This document shows, piece after piece, positions 52,107 to 64,000 of a stretch of DNA of 64,000 nucleotides. The stretch is from Vermamoeba vermiformis (taxonomy: Eukaryota): contig JBEWZL010000116.1 of the NCBI GenBank assembly GCA_045837725.1, forward strand, positions 1 to 64,000, given 5' to 3'. The first letter of the stretch is position 1, and each line of letters opens with the position of its first letter. Both the position numbers and the translations under genes were made by a program. Below the pieces are notes generated by a model that saw nothing but the letters and a program-made list of their open reading frames with translations, made no database searches and was not told where the DNA came from.

Positions 52107-55100
52107 TTAGACAGAATTACGATACGTTTCTATTCTTTCTTCGAGTTGTCTTTTGACTTCTTTGTGTAAATCTTCCATTGAGGCCTGGGGATCAAATACA
52201 AAGCCAAAGAGCAGGCGCAAAGGTCCAAAAAGCAGATCTTCTCGGGGTAGATCCGGTAGTGAGGCTAATATACTTTTGAGGTACGCTATCTTCATATCAT
52301 TCGTGATAAGTTTTCTATTCTCGTTCATGACGTGTTCTAAGTACTCTTGAGCGGATCCAAAGTTTGTCGGGGCAATCTTGAGCTTGTAAATGCCATAAAG
52401 AACGCTTATTGGCACTTCGCTCCAAACTTCAGGAGAGTTCTGTAACTGCGGCTGGGACAAAAAGAAAGCTAATCGTTGAATATCAAATTGAGCCGAGATC
52501 GGGGCAAACGGATCCGTATTTCTCGTGTCTATCAGTAATTCTTTTGGAACCTTTTCTGCCAAGGATTTAATCACGTTCTTAAAGCTTTCATCAATAAGCT
52601 TATCGCTGCAGGAAATTTTCTGAGAATTTCATCGTTAATTTCCTTGTCTAAACATCTTAACTAATCGATCGTTCGTATTCATATAATGATTACTATAATA
52701 TAATTACCTTCATTATTTCGCTTTCTTTACTTTTGCGATCAATATATTGCGCGTAACGTTGAAGAATTACGTTCAACAAACCAATCAATCGCAAACTAGC
52801 AAAATATGAGTATTATTAATCTTCTTAAAAAACATAAAAATGTTATTATTGGCAGTATATTCTTACTTGAGCAAATAGGCGATACATGTCGAATACATCT
52901 CTCTAAGACTTTGGCAACTACACTCCGGATCTAACATCGGCCATATAGCTTTGCGCATCCAATGATCTGGACCATCGTCCAGTCTCTCGGCATAGTCTAA
53001 TATGGTATTATTTAGTACTTAAACTTCATTCGTACGAAAAGGTAGCAACGCTGAAAACTTACACATTTGATGCGCTGCTAACAGCTTCAAAGCCCAAGGG
53101 TTCTATTTTAAAATAAAATATGTTAAATATTCTACAATAACGGCTTGTTACGCAATAATAAGGCCAATTTTAGTAAGGTCCACTTTCGGTATTCGGAAAG
53201 ATCCGCCAATCCGACCCTTCACTACCGCTTAATAAGGTAATAATCATATATATATCATCTTTTGTATTCATGAAAAAAAGGATTTGCTTAATTTAATTCC
53301 TTTGCAGGAAGGGTCGGATCGGATCCAGAAACTAAGTGCACTACTAAGACTTACGTCTCCCGAAGTATATTCGATCAATTCGTCGCTGTAAAGAGCAGCG
53401 TAGTGCATATATTGCTCATGATACGACGTTTGAAGGACGTTCTCGGCCATTGCTACTTTTTGCGGCCAAATTCGCGATTTAAATTCCTAGCAAAGGCGCA
53501 TTAAAAATCCATCAGTAACTGAAATATATAGATCTTACAGGGAACTCTTCTTCAATGACAGGAGCGACCTCACGAAGAATTTTGTCCGCTCGTTCAAGTT
53601 GATCTGGTTGTTGTCTAAAGAACAGTTAGTTATATTAATAATAGCCATAATAAACTTACAATTTAGCAAAAATATCTTTCAAATTAAGAACTTCTCTGAA
53701 TGATTCGAGGTCAATGAGCTCGTTCGGATCTATGTCGACGGTAGATTCAGGATGCAATTCGCCGTATGTCAACAAATGAATATAGTGCGGCAACTTAATA
53801 GGTGCCTTAGGTATATTCTTGTCGAGGAAATGGAAACTAGATACAACGCCAGTAAAGTCTTTGTCAGGGAACGAGATCAAGTGCGGAACAACTAAAAAAC
53901 CTTCTGTTATAATCGTGTACAATATGTAAGCGGAATAATGTCTTACTAATCTCGGAGTATAATTTCAACGGTTTAGATTCATCTTTGAAGCTTTGTTGGT
54001 ACTTCAACAGATCGAACGCGAACGGATGTGATCCCATGTTCACAACGACTTCTTCAGTAATCAGCGAGATAGTCGCGTGTAGGTTCATCAAGTTCTGTAG
54101 TGGTCGTTCATTTGCATTTTTAGTTGTTTCATGAACGAGATTTCCATTTATGGTAAAGAACACCGAATTCTTTGCGAAGTTGATGCCGAAGCCCACTACG
54201 TAATTGTTATAAGCATATAATTATTATATATGTAATATTCATACTTATGTCTCCTTGTTCTAAGGCACTTGTCACCATAGGCAACGTCGAGAACTCGCTT
54301 TCAAGAAAAATGTCGGATGCGCTATTCATTCCGTACGAACTTCTAGCAGTACCAGGTGCAGCTTCAAAACCTTCTAACGCACCTCCTACAGTGATTTCGC
54401 GCGACAACCTTGTATAGGTCCGAATTAATAATCGGAGACTGAAGCTAGCGTGATCAGATCTTACTTGGGAACCGGATCGGATCTGCGCAATAATTCTACT
54501 TCGAAGTATGCAGTGGAAAAATTGCCTATTGGAAGCGGATACAGAATAGAATCGCTTTGCACGACCTGGGAAAATAAAAGGCTTAAAAACTGCAGTGTAA
54601 AGTGTTTTTATCAAGTTGGCGCGCAAAACTCTAAAGTTTAAAATACTTACAGAGATCGTTGTATAAATTCTGGGTGTTGGAAGATCTATTTTGATATTAT
54701 TTTGGGCGATGATCACTTTGTTTGCGTTACAGGTGGAGAGGAAACTTGCGTTGTGGAGTTTATCTTGGATGTAGGCGGCAATTCTGAACTCTTTCTTCCA
54801 AATTATTCTATTATGCGTGCTGCTTGTTAAATTGGACGCAGGTTCATCTTGTACAGGCGTATCTATTGCAGATCAACATTTAATTACTCGAATTTATCAA
54901 AAAATCTTAAAAAATCTTGTAAATTACCTAACGCACTCCAGCAAAATATTTTTCTCGATAAAAGTTCCCAGAGTCCATGTTGCTCGTCAAATAATTTTAG
55001 ATGCGTTGAGTTGACCGAATACAAATTGACTATTGACGAGGTTGGAACCAATAGCAGCAAATCAACCAAGATCTCGCGAGGCAAAGCAGTAAATACGAAG

Positions 55101-55120
55101 GTTTCTGGCGTATCCATCAT
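52107..55120 (-). CDS. F-box-like plus SPRY-domain protein, paralog 2
   Basis: FTALPREILVDLLLLVPTSSIVNLYSVNSTHLKLFD; TAYFEVEL; SYGMNS; VGFGINFAKNSVFFTING; NMGSHPFAFDL; C-terminal YGIYKLKIAPTNF...NRKLIT. Confidence 0.8.
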
Positions 55121-55342
55121 AAATGAATGAAAGATTCATTGTTGCCATTTGTGTTTCATATTCGTGCTACTTTCTATTGAAGTCAAAAAACAGGACTGAA
55201 CTATTGAATCACAAATGTCCATTTTAATTGAAATAACTACATGCAGCGGATTTAGAATCAATATGCCGCAACAACCAACAGATCCCGGAGGGCATTTGAC
55301 GAAGATCTCGCGAAAGAAACAACGTGATCTGCCTTTATTAAA

Positions 55343-55770
55343 TTAATTTCTGAGCTTTCTTCTCGTCAAGAAATATCCGCCAATAGCAACACTAATCAAG
55401 CCTACAATAGCAGAGCCAATCAGCAATTTTTTAGTTTGACCAAACGTTGACTGAACAGATTTGACTTTGTTCGTCGAGGAACGATATCTCTCAAGCCTTT
55501 CTTCGACTTCTAGTATTGCTTCTTGTCGTAGCTCTTCAATTGGAGCTTCAGGATCAAATTTAAACCCAAAAAGTCCAACCAAAGGACTACTAACTAACGC
55601 GTTACGATCAGCACGCGGCAATGCTTTGAGCACCCATTCCAAGTACATTCCAGCTCTTTAGTAATCAGTTTTTTGTTCTCTATGGCTACTTGCGCAATAT
55701 ACTCTTCTTTTGATGAGAAATCGTTGGGCGATACCTTGAGCTTATAAATTCCGTAAACGACATAGCCGTC
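55343..55770 (-). pseudogene. Truncated 3' fragment of a third F-box/SPRY paralog with tail anchor
   Basis: YGIYKLKVSPNDFSSKEEYIAQVAIENKKLIT, a frameshift near 55650, then YLEWVLKALP...GSAIVGLISVAIGGYFLTRRK. No room for 5' exons before the neighbouring gene ends at 55862. Confidence 0.7.
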
Positions 55771-55861
55771 AATTAGGGGGGGGTTTTTTTACGTAAAACA
55801 CAATCCTTCTACGGAGGACCTAGTTCTTAGGAAAGATATTTATCGTTTAATATTACGAGTG

Positions 55862-57827
55862 TTAGTTTAAATGAACAACATTTTTGACCACTGACATGGA
55901 CACTGCTCGTTGTGACATCGTGCGCATCCGCGTCTCTCGTACTTTTTTCTTTCGAACCAGCACGACTGTCACTATAACTCCTGCAACAACAACTCCCGCT
56001 GCAATTACTATGCCAGCAATTGCACCATCTGTAAGCGGCGTAGTATTGGCGCTTGGTTGAGCGACATTACAACCGGACTTATTCTCAGTAATAAGAATCG
56101 ATATTAAGCCCGGAGAATTCTTCTGCTTGGCCTCTACCACCGAGCACCCAACTAAATATCCCAAATTAGGTCAATTTACCAAAAAAGGAAAAACGGTCGA
56201 TTTTACTTACAATCGCCTGGGATAGTGATCGACTTAAAGTTAATATCGGTATTAGTGCACGCTGCATCGTAGATGATGAGATCACGAGTGAAATTTCCCG
56301 ATGCCAAAAGTTGCTCAATCTCGTCTCGCGTCAAATTTAGCGTTAATGAACCTAGAAAATAGTACGTGTGTTAATTCTGAACGAAATTAGTTTTCAAGCA
56401 TACCATTAATCGACGGACATCCTTTTACGATGATAACACCATCAGAGACGATGAGCTCACCATATACAACGAAATCTCCGTTAACAACGTAGCTGTTTTC
56501 AATAATGATAACTGGTTGCGTGACATTTTGATTGTCCGTCCAAACAGGATTTCCATCATCGTCCAATTTACACGTCGCTGTTGGTGTGGGTGGATTGCCG
56601 ACACAATCTTCAGAAGGCGTCGTATATACTTTGCATTCAATCACGGGATCAAACTTGCACGGTGAGTTTGACGGCAGGCAGCAGAAGTAATTGCTACTTA
56701 AATCACATTGTGCTATTTGCGCCGTGCTGTTAATGCAGCCGCTGATCTGATTGCCTTGTAACCATAGTCCTTCTAAATTAGGGTTAAGCAATAACGAGGC
56801 GGGAATAGGTCCGACGAACTGGTTGTAAGATCCGTCAAAAGTTTTTGCGACTGCTTTGCCCAATGACGACGGAATTGTTCCGTTGAGTTGATTGCCACTT
56901 AAATTAAGATTCGTAAATGGTGACGTGATATTTCGCGGTAAAGTTCCGTTGAGTTGATTTCCTTGTAACAGAAGCGTATTGATTGAGCTCTGAAACCAGC
57001 CAGTAGGAATTGTTCCGCTGAATCGATTGCCAGATAGTGCCACGTAAGTTAAAGCTTTAACGTTGCCAAGATTCGCTGGGATAGTTCCCGTGAGATTGCA
57101 ATTCACAAAACTAAGTACCTCGAGTGGATTGTTAGCCATCGTCTCTGGAATTACTTGTCCTTGAAAATCGATATTTTCTATCACAAATGAGCGTAATGAG
57201 TAGTTTCCGTAATCTGCGTATAGAATGGGCACTCTGGTGTAAACCACATCCACAAGTTTAAGATCGGTTAAGTTTGGAAAAAGTGATGGCAACGGCTCGC
57301 CTCCAGCAAAGTGTGTTCCTCGAATTGTCAACGATTTAATAGATGAGAATATGGCAACACTTCCAACAATGTTTTGGCAACCCAAATCCAAAGTTTTCAT
57401 CGGGCTTGAAGCCCAACTCGGCGGGATAGTGCCCGTTAAGGTTGTTGTATTGCTAAATGATAGCAACGATAATTGCGAAAATGAAGCAATGAAGTCTCCG
57501 GGAGTGAATGAAAAAGCCGTTGGAAAATCGAAAGATCTGGTACAAAAAAACGAAAAATTCGTTAGAAATTTTTAAACCGATCATTATAGCATATTATACT
57601 CACAATTCAGTTATATGGTCATTAACACACGTTATATAATTCCATTGGCAAGGATCAGCTGAGACTTCTCCTGCCCACGGATCTGGCGAAAAGGCTGCTT
57701 GCATTTCGGTCAGTGCGGGCATTTCAGAGGCATCTAGTGCTTGTGCTAGATTAATATTAATAGCCAATATTAATATTACAGCGATCTTCCATCCTTCGAT
57801 GCGAAGCAAAACTTTGCTACTTCGCAT
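55862..57827 (-). CDS. Plant-type extracellular LRR receptor-like protein (single TM, no kinase)
   Basis: Signal peptide; N-cap W...DPCQWNYITC; repeated LxGTIP / NQLNGTLP LRRs; Cys-rich juxtamembrane region; TM AIAGIVIAAGVVVAGVIVTVVLV followed by RKKK; short tail. Confidence 0.88.
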
Positions 57828-58467
57828 CCTGAAACCGCGTAAAGTAATAAATACGGCTGAATAACTATAGCCTGAGAACCAGCCACTGTTTTAGCAGCAA
57901 CAATGGGGGTTATTTTAAATGTTACCACTGTGTTTAGAACGCTTTCAACGAAATAAATTGTTAGAATTTCGGGTGTGATGGGAGTGTTTCTATTTTTGTA
58001 CTGGAAATCACGTGTCCGAATGCTAGATATAAATCATAAGGTTTCTACTGGAAGTCTAGACCAAGCCAAGGTTCGCATCGCGCCGATCCACTGCCGCGAA
58101 TGTTAGATTAGGATCTGGTTGGGGACCTTTTAATGATTAGTAATTGCAACGATGGAAAATATAATTATATCGATTAAAGTAGAATTAATTCATATTTTTT
58201 GATTATTTTTGAACGATAGTGCAATCCGGATTGCGGATTTTAAATTTAAAGCACCACTTTTTACTGTGACATTGCTCGTATAGAATTTTTCAAAGCTTGA
58301 ACATAATATTTTGTTATAGCTGAGGTAGCTAGCGTTTGGTTGGACTTTGATTGATTGAAGATATCTTTGGCTTTTTGGCGCGAGGAGTTTTTTGGCGTGT
58401 GGACCTTCAATGGTCAAGGCTAATTAAACCATTGTACATTTATTAACTAAGACAAGACAACTTCAAC

Positions 58468-61021
58468 ATGTCGCATATTTACCCCACGCTTTCAGATGAG
58501 CAGAAAGATCGTCTCAATAAAACGGTCAGAGAGCGCTTGCATCGTTACGAAATTATGCAAGATGTGACTCCTCTACTGGTTAGTATTATATTATGCATAT
58601 TTTGGCATGCATTATATAATGCATTATACAAGGCTATCGATTTCGTACAGCAATTTCTGGATGTCCAATCCAAAAATTTAGCTTTGAAATAATTTTAAAT
58701 ATTTTGAAATTACTTTAAATACACTTAAAATATGTATTATAATAATTTTGTAGCTACATTATAATTTTCAGATTTTAACGCTCGATTTTTCAGTTTTAAG
58801 ACATTGATCTTTTTAGCCTTCAATTTCCTGTAATTCCAACCTAATATTTTTATTTATAGAACTACATTATCTACCAATTGAGCCAACAAAAGTCTCAGAA
58901 TGAAGTCATCAAGGCCCTTTACGAGATGCTGCTTGACCGCACGGAACCATTTGTTGGCTGGTAAGCACTTCTGCAAAACTAAACTCTACTATAATAATTT
59001 TATATATAGGATACTTTAGTTTGTAAATCATAATAATATTTATTATTTGACCTAACCGAGATCCAATTTTTAGGCTTTGGAGGACAATCGAAGATATTTC
59101 TAAGATTAAAGGTAACATAAACTTATAATAATACAAAATAATATATAATGCATTTATTAAATTAATTAACATTACTCTAACGTTAGAACTGCCCAACTTT
59201 TATGTTGAACGATCCAAAGACGACGTAAGTACCCTGCTTGTAACTATTTATATACGATGCCCATACTAAATATGACATCTAGTCGGACGATAGACGACGA
59301 GAAAACAGCATTTCCCGCAGCAACAGACACAGAAACAGAAGCAGATCTGTCTCGCCGCATCGACGTGCCGCGCAAACTGACGAACGATTTGCACGCACTA
59401 ACAACAGATTGAGCTCGCGACTGGTCTCGCAAGCCATGAACGATGCTAATGGCAGCAGTCAGAGAGTGCGCAGCGTGTACATTGAACCGAGTAAGTACTT
59501 ACTATACTATAGTTTGGCGTACCAGAACTCTTTTTGCATCTATCAAGGCTCGCTTTTTACAATTTATTTGAACTTATTTTCTTGATTTTTTAATAATGCG
59601 GCGCTGGATAATACTCCACAACTGCGAATGAATTTTCGGTGTTTATTAAAATTAGAGAAGGCTTTCAAATTGTAAAATTATTAGAAAGAATGTTCTAATG
59701 AACTTTAAATTAATCAAAAATATTCCTCTTGAACTGCACGAGCAAAATTATTTTAACTCATTGTTAGTGCTCATGCAAATCGTATAAGGGCCTATCCAGC
59801 AGCTTATTTATGTAGTTTAATACGATAATTCTTCAAGATATTTTCGTCGCGATGCCAAAAACAGATCTGTCAAATACTGACGAATTCTTTTTTAGCCACG
59901 CCCGAGTCCCAGCCCATGCAACAAGAAGACGTTGCATTTACAGTGACATTGTCCACGGTCAAAGAAGAAGAAGAAAAGAAACGCAAACGCGTGGAACGAT
60001 TTGGGGCCGAGACAATTGACGCGTTAAAAACACCGTCGAAACGAAAACACTCGCAAGTCGATGATTATATGGAGGAGGTCGATGAATACGAAGAGCAACA
60101 TTACAAGCGGAATAAAAAGGGCGGGAAAAAGAGTCATTGGCAGCAGATCCCGACCAAACGGCCCATGAAGCGAGCTCGTGTTGAGCGATGCAAGTTTTGG
60201 CCTCGCTGTGCTAACCCTGAATGCACTTATCATCACCCGACTGAAGTCTGCAAGTAAGTTTTTCCGCCATTCCAAATTAGGCAAATTCCGAAAAGGCCAA
60301 GCCAAATCAAAAATTATCTCGTAATTCGTTTTTAAGCTTTTAATACCAATTCTTTTCAAGACGGTGTTAACGCAAGCGTCCTGTTTGCCAAATAAGGAAA
60401 AACATTCATTTTCTAACGACGTTTTATAGAAATTTCCCGGGCTGCCCATTCGGATCGAATTGTTTGTACGTGCATCCAGTGAGCCCTATTCTGTGCAAGT
60501 TTGGCGTGCGATGTTTGAACAGTTCGTGCACGTTCATTCATCCGCCACGTGTACTTAAGGCCTGCAAGAACGGCTATGCGTGCAACAACTTCAGCTGCCG
60601 ATACGTGCATCCTGTCGTAAGTGCCACTTACAACATATTATCCAAGTATTACTATATAGTAATCGCTATTCTATTTTAGGAAGGTTGCAAGTTCGGCATG
60701 AGCTGCACGAAGTCGAATTGTCCGTTCACTCACGCGACGGCCTGTCGTTACGGCAGTGACTGTCATTTGCCTGACTGTCACTTTGCACACTTTTCAAAAG
60801 ATAATTCGACCTCGTTGCAGTCCTCACAAGAAGTGCAAGTCAGCGTGGACGAAGACAAGGACGAAAAATCTGAGCACATGGAGGAACTACAGAACAACAC
60901 GGCGCAACCTGCCAATAACGAAAATAACAATAATAACACCGTGGCATCGCCTAATGATGACGTGAATATGCACAATGATGTTAATCTCGAAGAGCGAGAT
61001 ATGAAAATTGAAGGTGAGTAG
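58468..61021 (+). CDS. Nab2/ZC3H14-like poly(A)-binding CCCH zinc-finger protein
   Basis: PWI-like N-terminus; tandem CCCH fingers (CKFWPRCANPECTYHHP, CKFGVRCLNSSCTFIHP, CRYGSDCHLPDCHFAH and others). Confidence 0.85.
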
Positions 61022-61556
61022 GCAGATCTGACGCAAAATTTTTCACTTGTATTAACGTTAGTATAGATGTGTCTATTGCTAATCTATCGGCTTCACTGCC
61101 TAAGACGCCTCCTCATAAAGAAGAATCTGCTACTACTATTATCAAGATTGAAGATTAGGCCCAAAGTATCTAGATCACGAGATCCATCCCGTCCAGATCC
61201 GTTCAGCAGATTAGCGCAGGTTGGATTGTGAATAAACCGTGTCTTTAGCGGTGCGTATTTATATCGATATTCGAAGTAAGTCCTATAATTTGAATTTTTG
61301 GGACCCAACTGATTTTTTCATTACTGTCAAACGAAACGACGTTTCCCCAAACAAAACAAACGCCGTATTAACTTTCGCCTTTATTCAATTGATTCTTTAA
61401 CTCAATTTCGAAGTTTGAGGTATATAATTAGCAAGGTTCCAAATATAGAATTGTGATTTTGGACCTAATCTCGAGGTGAAACGCGTCAACACATCAAACT
61501 GATTTTTTGTGTTTTTAGCTGTTAAAATTTCGTAACTGCAGAATAAAGCAGCAAGC

Positions 61557-63651
61557 ATGAGCGTCATATATTCAAGACCTAACTCATGCGCTAGATCTGC
61601 AATCATATTTACTATTCTCAGCGTATTTATTTTTAGCGTGCGTTGCGATCTGAGATTCTTTGTTAATAGTCCAGAAGATGGCGTTAATACGCATAATATA
61701 TTAGGCGCCTGGTTTGGGCCCGAAAATTACGACGTTAGTGGCAGATTGATTTTTTTGGAGCCAGATCAAGATTGCGACAGCGTTAAACCGCATTCGATGT
61801 ACAACGATACCATTGATTATAGTACTATAGGAGACTTTATACTATATTGGGACATAGTTTGTAAGTTTTAGATCAATTCTCGGCAATTAAAATTACGACG
61901 AGTATAAATGAAAATCGCTCGTAAAATCATTGCCAAATACGTAAATATTGCTTTATAATACTGATTATGTATAGTATATATAACAATTAACGATTTTATT
62001 AAAGATCAATGTCCGTATCAACTGAAAGCGTCCACCGCAGAAAAGATCGGCGCCAAAGGTTTGATTGTAAACTTCAACGTAAGTAATTCCCTTTAGTTAT
62101 ATAAGATAGTATAGTATATTTACAAGCTTATTTTAACATATAGGACGTGATTCAGTTTATGCCCCCGATGCTGACGGTAAATCCGGACTTGGTGGTCTCG
62201 ATCCCAACGATTATAATTCCAGTCGAAGATCATTTGTATATGACTGCATATGCTAAACAATATGTTGAAATGGGAGAACAAATCACTGCTCAAATCGTTG
62301 CAGAAAATTGTAAGTTGTGAGATGGGATCGGATCAGCGAGCGGTTAACTAATGTGATTTTATTATGTGCGTAGCGAATATTATATACTTCTTTAATTTTT
62401 GCTACTATTTCTTTGGAACCGCAACGATTATTGAAGCCATTGCGTGTTGGATTTGCCTCATCATCGCGATCAGATTTGACAGACGAATGAACGAGCGAAT
62501 ATCATTCATTGTAGCCGCATTGCAAACTACAGGTACGTATAATATTAATATACTATAAGGCTATTCTTTTTTTTTTTGAAACGAAAGTTGAAGATCTAAT
62601 TCCATTTTTATTTTAGCGGGAGCCATTAACTATTGGGCCGATTATTGGCAATCTCGAAACTATTGGCCTAGAGAAGTTAATATAATTCTATGGGGCCTAA
62701 CGAATTACTTGGCTTTCGTAGAATTATATTGGTTTTTTTGGGTCTGGTACACAGTTCTTATTCGCGGCACTATTTATAGAAACAAGCGTCAGTATAGGAT
62801 AGGAAAGATGTTTGCCATCATAGGAATAGTATTACAAGGTCTAAACGATGTGGTAAGCGAACATAATCTATTTTTTCAAACTATTGGATCCGATCACTAA
62901 AAAAAGTAATTTTGTGTTTCAGGTCCGTTATTTATTACTATGCCTTGGTCCTTCAGTAGCCGATACTACCAATGTATGGCGAGCAACTCTGGTTCCGTTC
63001 TGCGTTATCATCTTGATTATGTTCGGTGGATTAGGTTACATTACGTTTAAGCTGCGAAGTCGTTTAATGGCCAGTATCAAAGACATGGGTACAACAGGCA
63101 ATAAGAGGACCACTGAATCGCTAAATAGAGTAAGTAAAGCGGTGCAGTCGAAATTTCCAAAAACAAAAAATCCAGCGAAACGCCATAAATCATAGAATTA
63201 TAATATTTATGACTTTATATTAATTTAGGTGACTAAAATTGGATTCCCTATGATCGCTATATTGTTAGCAATCTCATGGAGCTTGTTGTTATGGCTCATT
63301 AAGCCGGATGTGTTTGGCGTAGCATCATTAACAACGTTCATGTTGTGCTTTAGACTAGCATTTGTATATATACCTGTAGCACATGTATGGAGCATCTTAC
63401 ATCGATGGAGATCAGAGAAAATCAGCTCAAAGAGCTCCAAGACAAGATCTAATCGCCATTACATTTCCAAATCCAACAAGATCGGGACTCAAACTAGTGC
63501 CAATGACTCAGCTGGTAAAGAAAGTACTGATAATATTAGCGACAATGTAGAAGAGGTTTCTAAAGAAGAAAAGAACGAAGAGAGAGATGCCCAACTGATT
63601 AATAGTACGACAGCCTTAGTCAAAACAGAAATAACTGAAACGATAGATTAA
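61557..63651 (+). CDS. PA-domain plus multi-pass (about 7 TM) membrane protein, receptor-like
   Basis: Signal peptide; AWFGPENYDVSGRL, CPYQLKASTAEKIGAKGLIV and ISIPTIII-like segments (protease-associated domain pattern); then ~7 hydrophobic segments and a charged C-terminal tail. Confidence 0.7.
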
Positions 63652-63818
63652 AGCTTACTTGATAATGTACTAAGTAATATTATATTGTATTAGTACTTTT
63701 TTGCAATTTTGTAAATAAAATGTGTAGCCATACGGATACAGCCAGTTAAAGATCTTTAACTTGAGTATTTTATATTATTAACATTAAGCAGTTATATCAG
63801 AAATGCTAAAATATGGCA

Positions 63819-63975
63819 TTATTTGGCATCTTTCTTCTTAGGAGGCCATTCCGCGTCGATTCTGATACCAATGTACGTCGGGAAACGAGGAATGCCACCG
63901 TCTGTGAGCTCTTGGTACTTGTACGTGATAATACTGCCGATTGGAGGTGGCTTGGCTCGTTGAGCATCAGTAAAT
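63819..63975 (-). CDS. ATP-dependent DNA ligase, C-terminal OB-fold exon (partial; gene continues beyond window)
   Basis: FTDAQRAKPPPIGSIITYKYQELTDGGIPRFPTYIGIRID (ligase motif VI PRFP), then TAA at 63819. Confidence 0.85.
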
Positions 63976-64000
63976 CTGAAAAAAGTAAGTCAATAATTAT

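Noticed and set aside
53905-53950. Apparent frameshift between ORFs 53864-54196 and 53656-53922
   Set aside because: Explained by a GTAAG...TTTTAG intron of ~55 nt that restores frame; paralog 1 has an intron at the same position.

Overview
AT-rich, intron-dense (GT-AG) eukaryotic nuclear DNA, probably from a free-living protist. An amoebozoan is suggested by gene content, but this is inference. About 25 protein-coding loci were reconstructed by eye from the ORF track and splice signals. Conserved genes: PAK/STE20 kinase with CRIB, IRP1/AcnA-type aconitase, acid sphingomyelinase-like phosphodiesterase, GT8 glycosyltransferase, 2H phosphoesterase, tandem MDR enoyl-reductase-like paralogs, CEPT/EPT1, DTW-domain protein, Acinus, a Nab2/ZC3H14-like protein and the 3' end of a small ATP-dependent DNA ligase. 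Lineage-specific or bacterial-like genes: a PcRGLX/YetA-like secreted protein, an ependymin-like protein, two paralogous lambda-repressor-like HTH proteins, an F-box/SPRY plus LRR/F-box cluster, a plant-type LRR receptor-like protein and a PA-domain multi-TM protein. The most notable unexplained feature is a ~0.6-0.7 kb non-coding block at ~44055-44780. It folds into many G-U-containing helices, an H-type pseudoknot and a three-way junction downstream of a short C/A-rich template-like segment, so it is a candidate structured ncRNA, possibly telomerase RNA. Several otherwise intact genes carry +/-1 frameshifts, probably assembly indels. No rRNA, tRNA, CRISPR or recognisable transposase was seen. 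Gene boundaries are manual estimates.
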